Assembly: GCA_964404195.1 (NCBI GenBank)
Contig: CAYOJC010000001.1
Location: 57,940 to 121,939 of the forward strand
Length of the DNA: 64,000 nt
Origin: an uncultured Syntrophobacteraceae bacterium
Lineage (GTDB): Bacteria > Desulfobacterota > Binatia > UBA9968
Direction of reading: 5' to 3'
Of this stretch, positions 1 to 7,278 are shown one piece after another; the stretch's first letter is position 1, and each line of letters begins with the position of its first letter. The notes under the pieces are model-generated. The model saw nothing but the letters and a program-made list of their open reading frames with translations, made no database searches and was not told the DNA's origin. The position numbers and the translations under genes are program-made.

Positions 1-1
1 A

Positions 2-622
2 GCGAAGACGCGCGTGACCGAGGGTCCGCACGGCGAATCGCACGGGTTTTACGGCGATGAAAAAGAGGGGCTCGTCTTCAAAGTCAAATGTGTGACGCAC
101 AGAAAGAATCCGATCCATCAGGGACTGATCTGCAATTATATGGAAGACGGCGGCAAACGCATCACGCGCTCGGCGGTTTTGTGGGGCAAGTTAAAAAGTC
201 TCGGCACGCCCGGCGTGGTCGACGTCCGCTTTCCCGATCCGGGCTGCGGGCGCGAAATCTGCGTCGTCGCCGCCGATATCAAAGAACCGGGGCAGGTGAT
301 GCAGATCGTCGAGACGGTCTGGGGCGTCAACGCCATGGGGCCGAACTGGATCATCGTGGTCGACGCCGACGCCGATCTCGACGACTGGAACGATATTTGG
401 TGGCGCATTTATTCTAGAAGTGAGCCGCACCGCGACGTTTGGATCACGCCGCCGCGCCAGCACGGCGGGCACCAGCCGCTGGTGAAGCACGGCTTCACCT
501 CGCGCATCGCGATCGACGCGACCTCCAAGTTCAAGGGCGTGGAATTTCCCGAAGTGAACGACGTGAGCCGCGAGCTGACGCAGAAAGTCCTGAGACGGTG
601 GTCGGAGTTGGGCCTGGAGTAG
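2..622 (+). CDS. UbiD-family (prFMN-dependent) decarboxylase, C-terminal fragment; the 5' end lies upstream of the window
   Basis: The frame is open from the window edge. The translation aligns with the C-terminal region of the four complete UbiD paralogs in this window (…IVVDADADLDDWNDIWWRIYSRSEP… matches …IVVVDDDIDPTDLNEVIWAIGTRSNP…). Confidence 0.6.
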   Translation, partial: AKTRVTEGPHGESHGFYGDEKEGLVFKVKCVTHRKNPIHQGLICNYMEDGGKRITRSAVLWGKLKSLGTPGVVDVRFPDPGCGREICVVAADIKEPGQVMQIVETVWGVNAMGPNWIIVVDADADLDDWNDIWWRIYSRSEPHRDVWITPPRQHGGHQPLVKHGFTSRIAIDATSKFKGVEFPEVNDVSRELTQKVLRRWSELGLE

Positions 623-624
623 AT

Positions 625-775
625 CAGTGTGCGCGATGAATACTCACCACGAAGGACACGAAGTTGCGGAATCGACAAGAAAATATGATCTCACCACGAA
701 GCCCACGAAGGCCACGAAGGTTTGGGATATGAATAATTTTGAACTTCGTGTCCTTCGTGCCTTCGTGGTGAATCC
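625..775. repeat. REP/MITE-like element built from direct and inverted CACGAAGG/CCTTCGTG repeats
   Basis: caccacgaaggacacgaag … caccacgaagcccacgaaggccacgaagg … cttcgtgtccttcgtgccttcgtggtga. The same family occurs at 5479-5697 and 46630-46760. Confidence 0.5.
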
Positions 776-861
776 TACTTTTCTTATTTTGGTTGTGGCA
801 TTGCCGCGCTGGGCGCTTCGTGGTGAAAAGAACTTGAACCTGAAAAGTGGGAGACAGTCGA

Positions 862-3114
862 ATGGCGCATAAGGTTGTCGGGCGCTCGCTGCCCCGCGTC
901 GAGGGGGCGGCGAAGGTCAGCGGCGCGTTGAGTTACACGGCGGACATTCTTCGGCCCGGCTCTCTCTGGGGCAAAGTTCTGCGCAGCCCGCTGCCCCACG
1001 CGCGCATCCTTAATATAGATACCAGCCGGGCCATGAGCCTCCCCGGCGTGAAGGCGATCGTCACCGCCGCCGACATGAAAACGACGCTCGTCGGCGCGAC
1101 CTTGAGAGACATGCCGGTGATGGCGCGCGACCGCGTGCGCTTCGTCGGCGAGGAGATCGCCGCCGTCGCCGCCGTGGATGCCAACACGGCGGAAGAAGCG
1201 GTTGAATTGATCGACGTCGAATACGAAGATCTGCCGGCGGTTTTCGATCCGCTTGAGGCGATGAAGCCCGAGGCGCCCATCCTGCATCCGGATTACCCGA
1301 CTTATAAAGGACCGAAGACCATGGCGCTGGAACTCAAGAACGTCCAGACGCTCGTGCGCGGCCGGAAGGGCGAGATCGAAAAAGGCTTCGCCGAATCGGA
1401 TTTCATCTTCGAGAAAACTTATCGCACCCAGCTCGTGCACCAGGGCTACATCGAGCCTTACGCCTGCACGGTGGAAGTCGACGATCAGGGGCGCGTCGCC
1501 ATCTGGGTGGCGAACCAGGCGTTCTTCAAGCTCAGGCGCGTGCTGGCGGAATATTTGGAGCTTCCTCCGGAAGATATCACGATCTACCCAAGCAACATGG
1601 GCGGCTCGTTTGGCGCCAAAGATTTTCTGTTCCTGAATCCGGCGGCTTATTATCTCTCGAAAAAAACCGGCCGGCCCGTGCGCTTTGTGAAAAGCTACGG
1701 CGAAGAACTCGGAGCCACCACGCCGCGCCACTCCGCGGTGATCTCTCTCCGTGTCGGTGTAAAAAAGGACGGCCGCCTCTGGGCATGGGACGGAAAGACC
1801 TTCTACAACGGCGGCGCTTACGGCGCGTTCAAGCCCAACCCCAAAGGCTCGATGAGCGGCGCGTACATGGTCGCGGGCTCTTATAATATCCCCAACACGC
1901 GCCTCGAAGGGTATTGCGTTTACACCAATCAAGTCCCGTGCGGCTACTTCCGCGCGCCGGGGGAAGCCCAGACCCTGTTCGCGGTCGAAAGCCATATGGA
2001 CCTAATGGCCGAAGCGCTCGGCATGGATCCGATCGAGTTCCGCCGGCTGAACGCGCTGAAAGAAGGCGACACGCGCGCGACGGGCGAATCGCTGGAAGAT
2101 CCGCACTGCCTCGAAGTTCTCGATCGCGTGGCGAAAATTTCCGGATGGAAAAAGAAGCAAGCCAAAGCATCTGCCGAAAATAAATTAACCGGGCGCGGCG
2201 TGGCGCTCGGCGACCGCCACGTGGGCCACGGCGAGTCGAGCTTCGAATTGCTTCTCGAGCGCGGCGGAACGCTCCGGCTCTTGAGCGGCGTCGGTGATCA
2301 GGGGGTCGGCGCCTACACGATGCACCGCCAGGTCGCGGCCGAGCTGCTCGGAGTCAAGCCGGGCTTGATCGAGATCGAGGTCAGGGACACCTCCAACGCG
2401 CCATACGACCAGGGGATCAAGGGCGCCAGGGGGACGCACGTCGAGGGACAGGCGGTCGCGCGCGCGGCCGGCGCGTTGATCGACAATCTGCGTTCTCTCG
2501 CCGCGTCGCGATGGGGCGTGCCGGTCGAAAAGATTTCCTGGACCGATGGAGCCGCTCTCTTCAAAAACCACGGAAAAAGAAAAAAGCTGAGCTTGAAAGA
2601 ATTGGCGGGCCTTTCGGAAGCGCCGGTCAAGGGATTCGGCGAGTACACGGGACACAAGCCGCACGTCTATTCCTTTCAGGCGATCGTCGTCGACGCGGAG
2701 GTCGATCAGGAGACCGGCGCGGTCGAGTTGCAACACCTCTACTTCGTCTACGATGTCGGCACGATCATCAATCCGCTCAATCACCAGGGGCAGATCGAAG
2801 GCGGCATCGTCCAAGGCCTGGGCTACGCGCTGACCGAAGAGCTGAAAGTCGATGAAGGGCGCGTCACCACGGTGACGCTGGGCGATTACAAAATTCCCAA
2901 CATCGCCGACAATGTGCCGCTCACGACTTCGCTGGTTCAAGCGAAGGTCGGCCCCGGCCCGTTCGGCGCTAAGTCGGTGGCCGAGGCCGGAGTCAGCATC
3001 GTCGCGCCGGCGGTGGCGAACGCGGTCTACAACGCGACCGGCGTGCGGATCACTGAGCTGCCGGTCACCGCGGAAAAAATTATCGAGGGTCTCGCATGCC
3101 GTTCCAAAGTTTGA
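862..3114 (+). CDS. xanthine dehydrogenase/aldehyde oxidase-family molybdopterin-binding large subunit (copy 1)
   Basis: The protein is ~750 aa with an N-terminal a/b-hammerhead (RVEGAAKVSG..YTADI, LWGKVLRSPLPHARI) and the MoCo-domain motifs GGSFG, GYFRAPGE and GQGxxT. The ATG at 862 has a GGGAG RBS; the track start at 847 is a GTG. Confidence 0.85.
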   Translation: MAHKVVGRSLPRVEGAAKVSGALSYTADILRPGSLWGKVLRSPLPHARILNIDTSRAMSLPGVKAIVTAADMKTTLVGATLRDMPVMARDRVRFVGEEIAAVAAVDANTAEEAVELIDVEYEDLPAVFDPLEAMKPEAPILHPDYPTYKGPKTMALELKNVQTLVRGRKGEIEKGFAESDFIFEKTYRTQLVHQGYIEPYACTVEVDDQGRVAIWVANQAFFKLRRVLAEYLELPPEDITIYPSNMGGSFGAKDFLFLNPAAYYLSKKTGRPVRFVKSYGEELGATTPRHSAVISLRVGVKKDGRLWAWDGKTFYNGGAYGAFKPNPKGSMSGAYMVAGSYNIPNTRLEGYCVYTNQVPCGYFRAPGEAQTLFAVESHMDLMAEALGMDPIEFRRLNALKEGDTRATGESLEDPHCLEVLDRVAKISGWKKKQAKASAENKLTGRGVALGDRHVGHGESSFELLLERGGTLRLLSGVGDQGVGAYTMHRQVAAELLGVKPGLIEIEVRDTSNAPYDQGIKGARGTHVEGQAVARAAGALIDNLRSLAASRWGVPVEKISWTDGAALFKNHGKRKKLSLKELAGLSEAPVKGFGEYTGHKPHVYSFQAIVVDAEVDQETGAVELQHLYFVYDVGTIINPLNHQGQIEGGIVQGLGYALTEELKVDEGRVTTVTLGDYKIPNIADNVPLTTSLVQAKVGPGPFGAKSVAEAGVSIVAPAVANAVYNATGVRITELPVTAEKIIEGLACRSKV

Positions 3115-3176
3115 GAGAGTTCGTGCGCGAGTTTCACTTGTCACGACAATGGGACGCAACCCAGGGGGCTTTATGA
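3096..3176 (+). pseudogene. remnant of a UbiD 5' end (MPFQSLREFVREFHL…*) overlapping the XDH copy-1 stop
   Basis: gcatgccgttccaaagtttgagagagt (3092-3118) is 22/27 identical to the true UbiD start at 5749-5775 (gcatgccgttccaaagcctaagagatt; MPFQSLRDYL). Confidence 0.4.
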
Positions 3177-4732
3177 ACTGCTTGCGCATTGCGGCGTCTT
3201 TGTTGAGCGTATTTCTTGCCGTGGGTTTGTCCGAGGGAGCGGAGTCTCCGAGATACGGGGGGCGTTTGGTTTTTGGCCTGGCTAGAGACATCACCGGCCT
3301 GAATCCTTTCGTTCGCACCCGCTCAACCAACAAGTACGTACGGCAGATTGCCTACGAAGCGCTTTTCGACTACGACACAAAGGCTCAGCTCGTTCCGGCG
3401 CTTGCCGACTCCTGGACTGTTTCTCCCGATAGCAAGGTTTACACGATCAGGCTGCGGCGGGGGGTAAAATTTCACAACGGCGAGGAGCTGACCGCCGAAG
3501 ATGTGAAATGGAGCGCCGAATACGCCAAGGACCCCAAGAACGCGGCAACCGGAATCACCTTCTTGGAAAGAGTGCAGGCAGTGAGCGTCAAGGACAAGTA
3601 CACGGTGGAGTTCCTCCTAAAAGAGCCCCAGGCAATCTTTCTTAACCTGTTGGCATCCATGGAGGCCTCCTTCCCCGTTCTTCCCAAGGGGTCGGTGCCG
3701 GCTGCGCAGAGCAATTTGCCCAGTCCCCCTCCCGGGACCGGACCTTTTGAATTCAAAGAATACAAGCCGGCAAGAGAACTAGTCTTTGTGCGCAACAAAA
3801 ACTACTGGCAGAAAGGCCTTCCCTATCTCGACGAGCTGGTGCTCAAACCGGTGGAGGATGAGCAGGTTCGTTTTGCTTCGCTGCGCGCCGGGGACCTGGA
3901 TATGATCGAGCGAACCGCCTACGTATTCGTGAAGAAAATATTAAACAGAGAATACCCGGAGATCGGGGTTACAGAAGCCAAATATGCCGGCTTTCGGCGC
4001 CTGATATTCAACGTCGTGAATCCGCCCTTCAACGATCTCAAGCTGCGTCAGGCCGTGCTTTATGCTCTGGACAAAAAAGGCTACCTCGAAGGGGCCTTCT
4101 GGGGTCTTGGGGAGCCGGCGAACCAGGCGATTCCGACGGAGAGCCCCTGGTACGTCAAGCTGCCGGAGGCCAAGCGGGATTTGGCCAAGGTCAAGGCTCT
4201 TTTAAAGGAATCGAAAGCCGGCCCCGACTTTGAAGTGGAAATCCTGGCCCGGAGAGGGGAAGAGCCCGAGACCCAGATCCTTCGAGAGCAACTGACGACC
4301 GCCGGGATCAAAACCAGGATTGCGCTGCTGGAGAGCGCGGCGCGTGAGGCGCGGACCCGCGCAGGTGATTTTATGATAGTCCTGAGCGGGATGGATGTGC
4401 CCAACGATCCGGGGGACGATTATTCGGTGGAGTATGGCTGTAATCCCGAGGAAGTGTCGGCCAAACGACGAGGCCAGAACCAGGCCGGTTATTGCAATAA
4501 AGAATTCGACCGGCTGATGGCGGAGGCGTCGAAGATCCAGGATACGAAAAAGCGTTATGGGCTTTACGCCAATGCACTTGGGATTCTCAATCAAGAAATT
4601 CCGGCTATCTCCATGGCGTTCGTGCCGCGCTATTTCAGCTATCGACAGAAGGTGCGGGGCTTCAGGACCGACGGAGGCGATCGCTTCAACACGATCACTA
4701 CGGGACTTTCACGGGTTTGGATCGAACCTTAG
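3173..4732 (+). CDS. ABC transporter substrate-binding protein, family 5 (DppA/OppA-like), copy 1
   Basis: Signal peptide MNCLRIAASLLSVFLAVGLSEG, then RYGGRLVFGL…GLNPF…KFHNGEELTAEDV…PPGTGPF. An alternative ATG lies at 3149. It is paralogous to 20310, 25467(-) and 28635. Confidence 0.85.
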   Translation: MNCLRIAASLLSVFLAVGLSEGAESPRYGGRLVFGLARDITGLNPFVRTRSTNKYVRQIAYEALFDYDTKAQLVPALADSWTVSPDSKVYTIRLRRGVKFHNGEELTAEDVKWSAEYAKDPKNAATGITFLERVQAVSVKDKYTVEFLLKEPQAIFLNLLASMEASFPVLPKGSVPAAQSNLPSPPPGTGPFEFKEYKPARELVFVRNKNYWQKGLPYLDELVLKPVEDEQVRFASLRAGDLDMIERTAYVFVKKILNREYPEIGVTEAKYAGFRRLIFNVVNPPFNDLKLRQAVLYALDKKGYLEGAFWGLGEPANQAIPTESPWYVKLPEAKRDLAKVKALLKESKAGPDFEVEILARRGEEPETQILREQLTTAGIKTRIALLESAAREARTRAGDFMIVLSGMDVPNDPGDDYSVEYGCNPEEVSAKRRGQNQAGYCNKEFDRLMAEASKIQDTKKRYGLYANALGILNQEIPAISMAFVPRYFSYRQKVRGFRTDGGDRFNTITTGLSRVWIEP

Positions 4733-4759
4733 GTGGTCACTCGATAAAGGAGGATCAAG

Positions 4760-5479
4760 ATGCCAAAGCCGCCTGACGAATTCGTCGAAGAGCTTTTGCG
4801 CGGGAGGCTACCCCGTCGCGAGGAACGGCCGACTCGAGCGCTGATCGTTCAGGGAAAGCTCAGCAAAGAACAAGTGAAGCTATGGGTCAAGCAGCTTCAC
4901 TATTATCGCGTCAACGTGCCGCGCAAGGAGCTCTATATCCTGGCCAATTGCCCGATCAAAGAGATCCGGATGGAGCGATTGAAAAAGTATCTTGAAGAGG
5001 AGGACGATCGCGTGATGGGCGGGAAAGCCGGACCTCATGCCGAGCTGTGGGCCCAGTTGGGCGAAGGCCTGGGGATAAGCCGCGCGGAGATGGAAGACTT
5101 CGACGCCATGTGCCCGGAATACCGCCTCCTCGTCGACTCATGGGTCAACTACGCGCGCGATCACACTTGGCTGGGAGGCTCGGCCATGAGCTTCGATGAA
5201 GACGGCGGCACGGGGACCTCGGGCGAAGGAATGAACATGGCGCGGGCCTTGTCCAAATTCTACGGCGTTCCCGATTCGGGGTTGGCACATTTCACGCTCC
5301 ATTCCGAGCTTGACATCGAGCACGGCGCGTCGACCCACGACTTGATCCGAAAATACTCCCTTACGGACGAGCAACAGGAGGGCGTTCGCAACGCGGTCCG
5401 CTTCAAAAGAGCCTTCCATACGATGGAGGACCAGTGCATGCGGATCGCTTGCCGAATCGACCCGCAATTATATGCTTAG
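4760..5479 (+). CDS. PqqC-like (cofactor-independent oxygenase, haem-oxygenase-like fold) protein
   Basis: LSKEQVKLWVKQLHYYRVNVPRKELYILANCP and HAELWAQLGEGLGISRAEM align with the PqqC motifs TREQIQGWVANRFYYQ..IPLKDAAI.ANCP and IEAWLRLGEAVGLSRDDL. An AAAGGAGG RBS is present. No pqqA/B/D/E genes are nearby. Confidence 0.7.
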   Translation: MPKPPDEFVEELLRGRLPRREERPTRALIVQGKLSKEQVKLWVKQLHYYRVNVPRKELYILANCPIKEIRMERLKKYLEEEDDRVMGGKAGPHAELWAQLGEGLGISRAEMEDFDAMCPEYRLLVDSWVNYARDHTWLGGSAMSFDEDGGTGTSGEGMNMARALSKFYGVPDSGLAHFTLHSELDIEHGASTHDLIRKYSLTDEQQEGVRNAVRFKRAFHTMEDQCMRIACRIDPQLYA

Positions 5480-5697
5480 CCTGGATTATTCATCGACCGA
5501 GGAAAGATCGTGACACACTGTAGATGAGAAAAGCGTTCTTTGAGTCTTGGCGCGAGGACTTAAAAACTTCGTAACCTTCGTGCTCTTCGTGGTGATAAAC
5601 TTTTTGACCACGAAGGACACGAAGCACACGAAGGAAGAGGCGCAAAGAAAGAAGCCGTACCTCACGGAGAGGATGTATAACGGTGAATAATCCGGGC
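5479..5697. mobile_element. MITE-like element: 14-bp terminal inverted repeats (gcctggattattca / tgaataatccgggc) flanking a CACGAAGG hairpin
   Basis: The TIRs are 13/14 complementary. The core ccttcgtgctcttcgtggtg…accacgaaggacacgaagcacacgaagg is palindromic. The copy at 46630 starts with a similar TIR (ccggaatgattca). Confidence 0.45.
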
Positions 5698-5750
5698 TAG
5701 TTCGATTTGAATCGGGACAAACAGCGACCGGCAGACCTCGGAGACTTAGC

Positions 5751-7184
5751 ATGCCGTTCCAAAGCCTAAGAGATTACCTCAAGAAGGTCGAAGAGCACGG
5801 CGATCTTCTTAAGATCGACGGCGCGTCCCGCGAGGAGGAGATCGGCGCGCTGGCGGAAATCGTCGCGAGCACGGCCAAGCACCCGATGCTGCTCTTTGAC
5901 AACATCAAAGGATACCCCGCGGGATATCGCGTTTCGGCCAGCACGATGGGCGGCGTGCGCCGGATGGCTCTCGGCCTCGGCTTGGACCCGTCGCTCGCCA
6001 ATGTCGAGCTGGTAAAGGCATGGAAAGAGAAGCTCAAGACGTTCAAGCGGATCGAGCCGCGCGAAGTCGCCGACGGTCCGGTGCGGGAAAATGTTTTCTC
6101 CGGCGAAAAAATTGACTTGCTCAAATTCCCCGCGCCGAAGTGGCACGAACGCGACGGCGGCTACTACATCGGCACCGGCTGCTGCGTGATCACGCGCGAC
6201 CCCGACGATGGCTGGGTCAACATGGGCGTCTATCGCGTCGTGGTCCACGATAAGAAAACTCTCGGGATTTTTATCAACCACATCCAGCACGGCCGGCTCA
6301 TCGTCGAGAAGTACTGGTCGCAAGGAAAAAGTTGCCCGGTGATTATCTCTTTCGGACAAGACCCCGCGCTTTTTCTCGCCGCCGCGCAGCGCGAGCCGTG
6401 GGGCGTGGGCGAGCTCGACGTCGCGGGATGGCTTCGCGGCGAGCCGGTGGAAATTCTGAAAGGCGAGAGGACGGGTCTGCCGATTCCCGCGCACGCGGAG
6501 ATCGTCGTCGAAGGAGAGATCCCTCCGATCGAGAAAGAAGCGCGGCCCGAAGGGCCGTTCGGCGAGCGCACGGGTTACTACGCGACCGGGACGAGAAACG
6601 AGCCGGTCGTCCGCGTGTCGTCGCTGATGCACCGCAACGATCCGATCATCCAGGGTGATCCGCCGCTGAAGCCGGTGCCCGGCATGGACCACTTCGGCAT
6701 CCCGCTGCCCGCGGCGGGTGTGTGGTCGGCGTTGGAATCCGCCGGCATTCAAGACATCCGCGGGGTCTGGCTGCACGGCCCGTTCGCGACGGTGATCTCG
6801 CTCAAGCAGCGCTACGAAGGCCACGCGCGCCAGGCGGCGGCGATCGCGCTCGGCGCGCGCGCCACGGTGCACCTCGGAAGATTCGTCATTCTTGTCGACG
6901 ATGATATTGACCCGTCGGATCTCAGCGACGTCTTCTGGGCGGTCACGACGCGCTGCGATCCGGCGGAGCAAACGGAAGTCTTGAAAGGATTTCCGACGAG
7001 CGGCATCAATCCGCGCGTCGCGCCGGCGGACCGTGAAGAGGGACACTTTGTCTCTTCCAAGATGATCATCGACGCGTGCCGGCCGTACCGTTGGATCAAG
7101 GATTTTCCGGCGACGAACGTCATGAGCCCGGAGCTGAAAACGAAAGTAGCGGAGAAGTGGAAGCGATTGCTGGAGCGGCAGTGA
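5751..7184 (+). CDS. UbiD-family decarboxylase (copy 2)
   Basis: 477 aa. The N-terminus MPFQSLRDYL…LLFDNIKGYPAGYR matches the canonical UbiD PALLFENPKGY region, and the full-length architecture fits the family. Confidence 0.85.
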   Translation: MPFQSLRDYLKKVEEHGDLLKIDGASREEEIGALAEIVASTAKHPMLLFDNIKGYPAGYRVSASTMGGVRRMALGLGLDPSLANVELVKAWKEKLKTFKRIEPREVADGPVRENVFSGEKIDLLKFPAPKWHERDGGYYIGTGCCVITRDPDDGWVNMGVYRVVVHDKKTLGIFINHIQHGRLIVEKYWSQGKSCPVIISFGQDPALFLAAAQREPWGVGELDVAGWLRGEPVEILKGERTGLPIPAHAEIVVEGEIPPIEKEARPEGPFGERTGYYATGTRNEPVVRVSSLMHRNDPIIQGDPPLKPVPGMDHFGIPLPAAGVWSALESAGIQDIRGVWLHGPFATVISLKQRYEGHARQAAAIALGARATVHLGRFVILVDDDIDPSDLSDVFWAVTTRCDPAEQTEVLKGFPTSGINPRVAPADREEGHFVSSKMIIDACRPYRWIKDFPATNVMSPELKTKVAEKWKRLLERQ

Positions 7185-7278
7185 GTTTTCCATGCCGGCG
7201 ACCGTGCCGCGCGAGGCATCGCGTCCGGCTTCAAGGACGAATTATACAAACAAGCCCCGTGAGAAGAATGCAAGGCCA

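Noticed and set aside
784-1995. 403-aa ORF on the minus strand opposite XDH copy 1. There are similar long antisense ORFs at 2185..3333(-), 5766..7193(-), 9447..10352(-), 13014..14390(+), 27140..28279(+), 50273..51349(-) and 60307..60855(-).
   Set aside because: They lie entirely inside well-supported genes on the opposite strand, are Arg/Ala/Gly-rich with no recognisable motifs, and have no RBS. This is the typical product of high-GC codon bias.
862-3114. Possibility that the XDH-family proteins are form-I CO dehydrogenase CoxL subunits.
   Set aside because: The CoxL active-site loop signature (VAYRCSFR) is absent from all three copies, and no coxS/coxM genes are adjacent. They are better treated as hydroxylases of unknown specificity.
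4760-5479. Annotating the PqqC-like gene as part of PQQ biosynthesis, or as TenA/thiaminase II (tempting because of the adjacent NMT1/THI5-like proteins).
   Set aside because: No pqqA/B/D/E genes are in the window. The alignment to PqqC is much better than to TenA, so it is kept as a PqqC-like oxygenase of unknown substrate.
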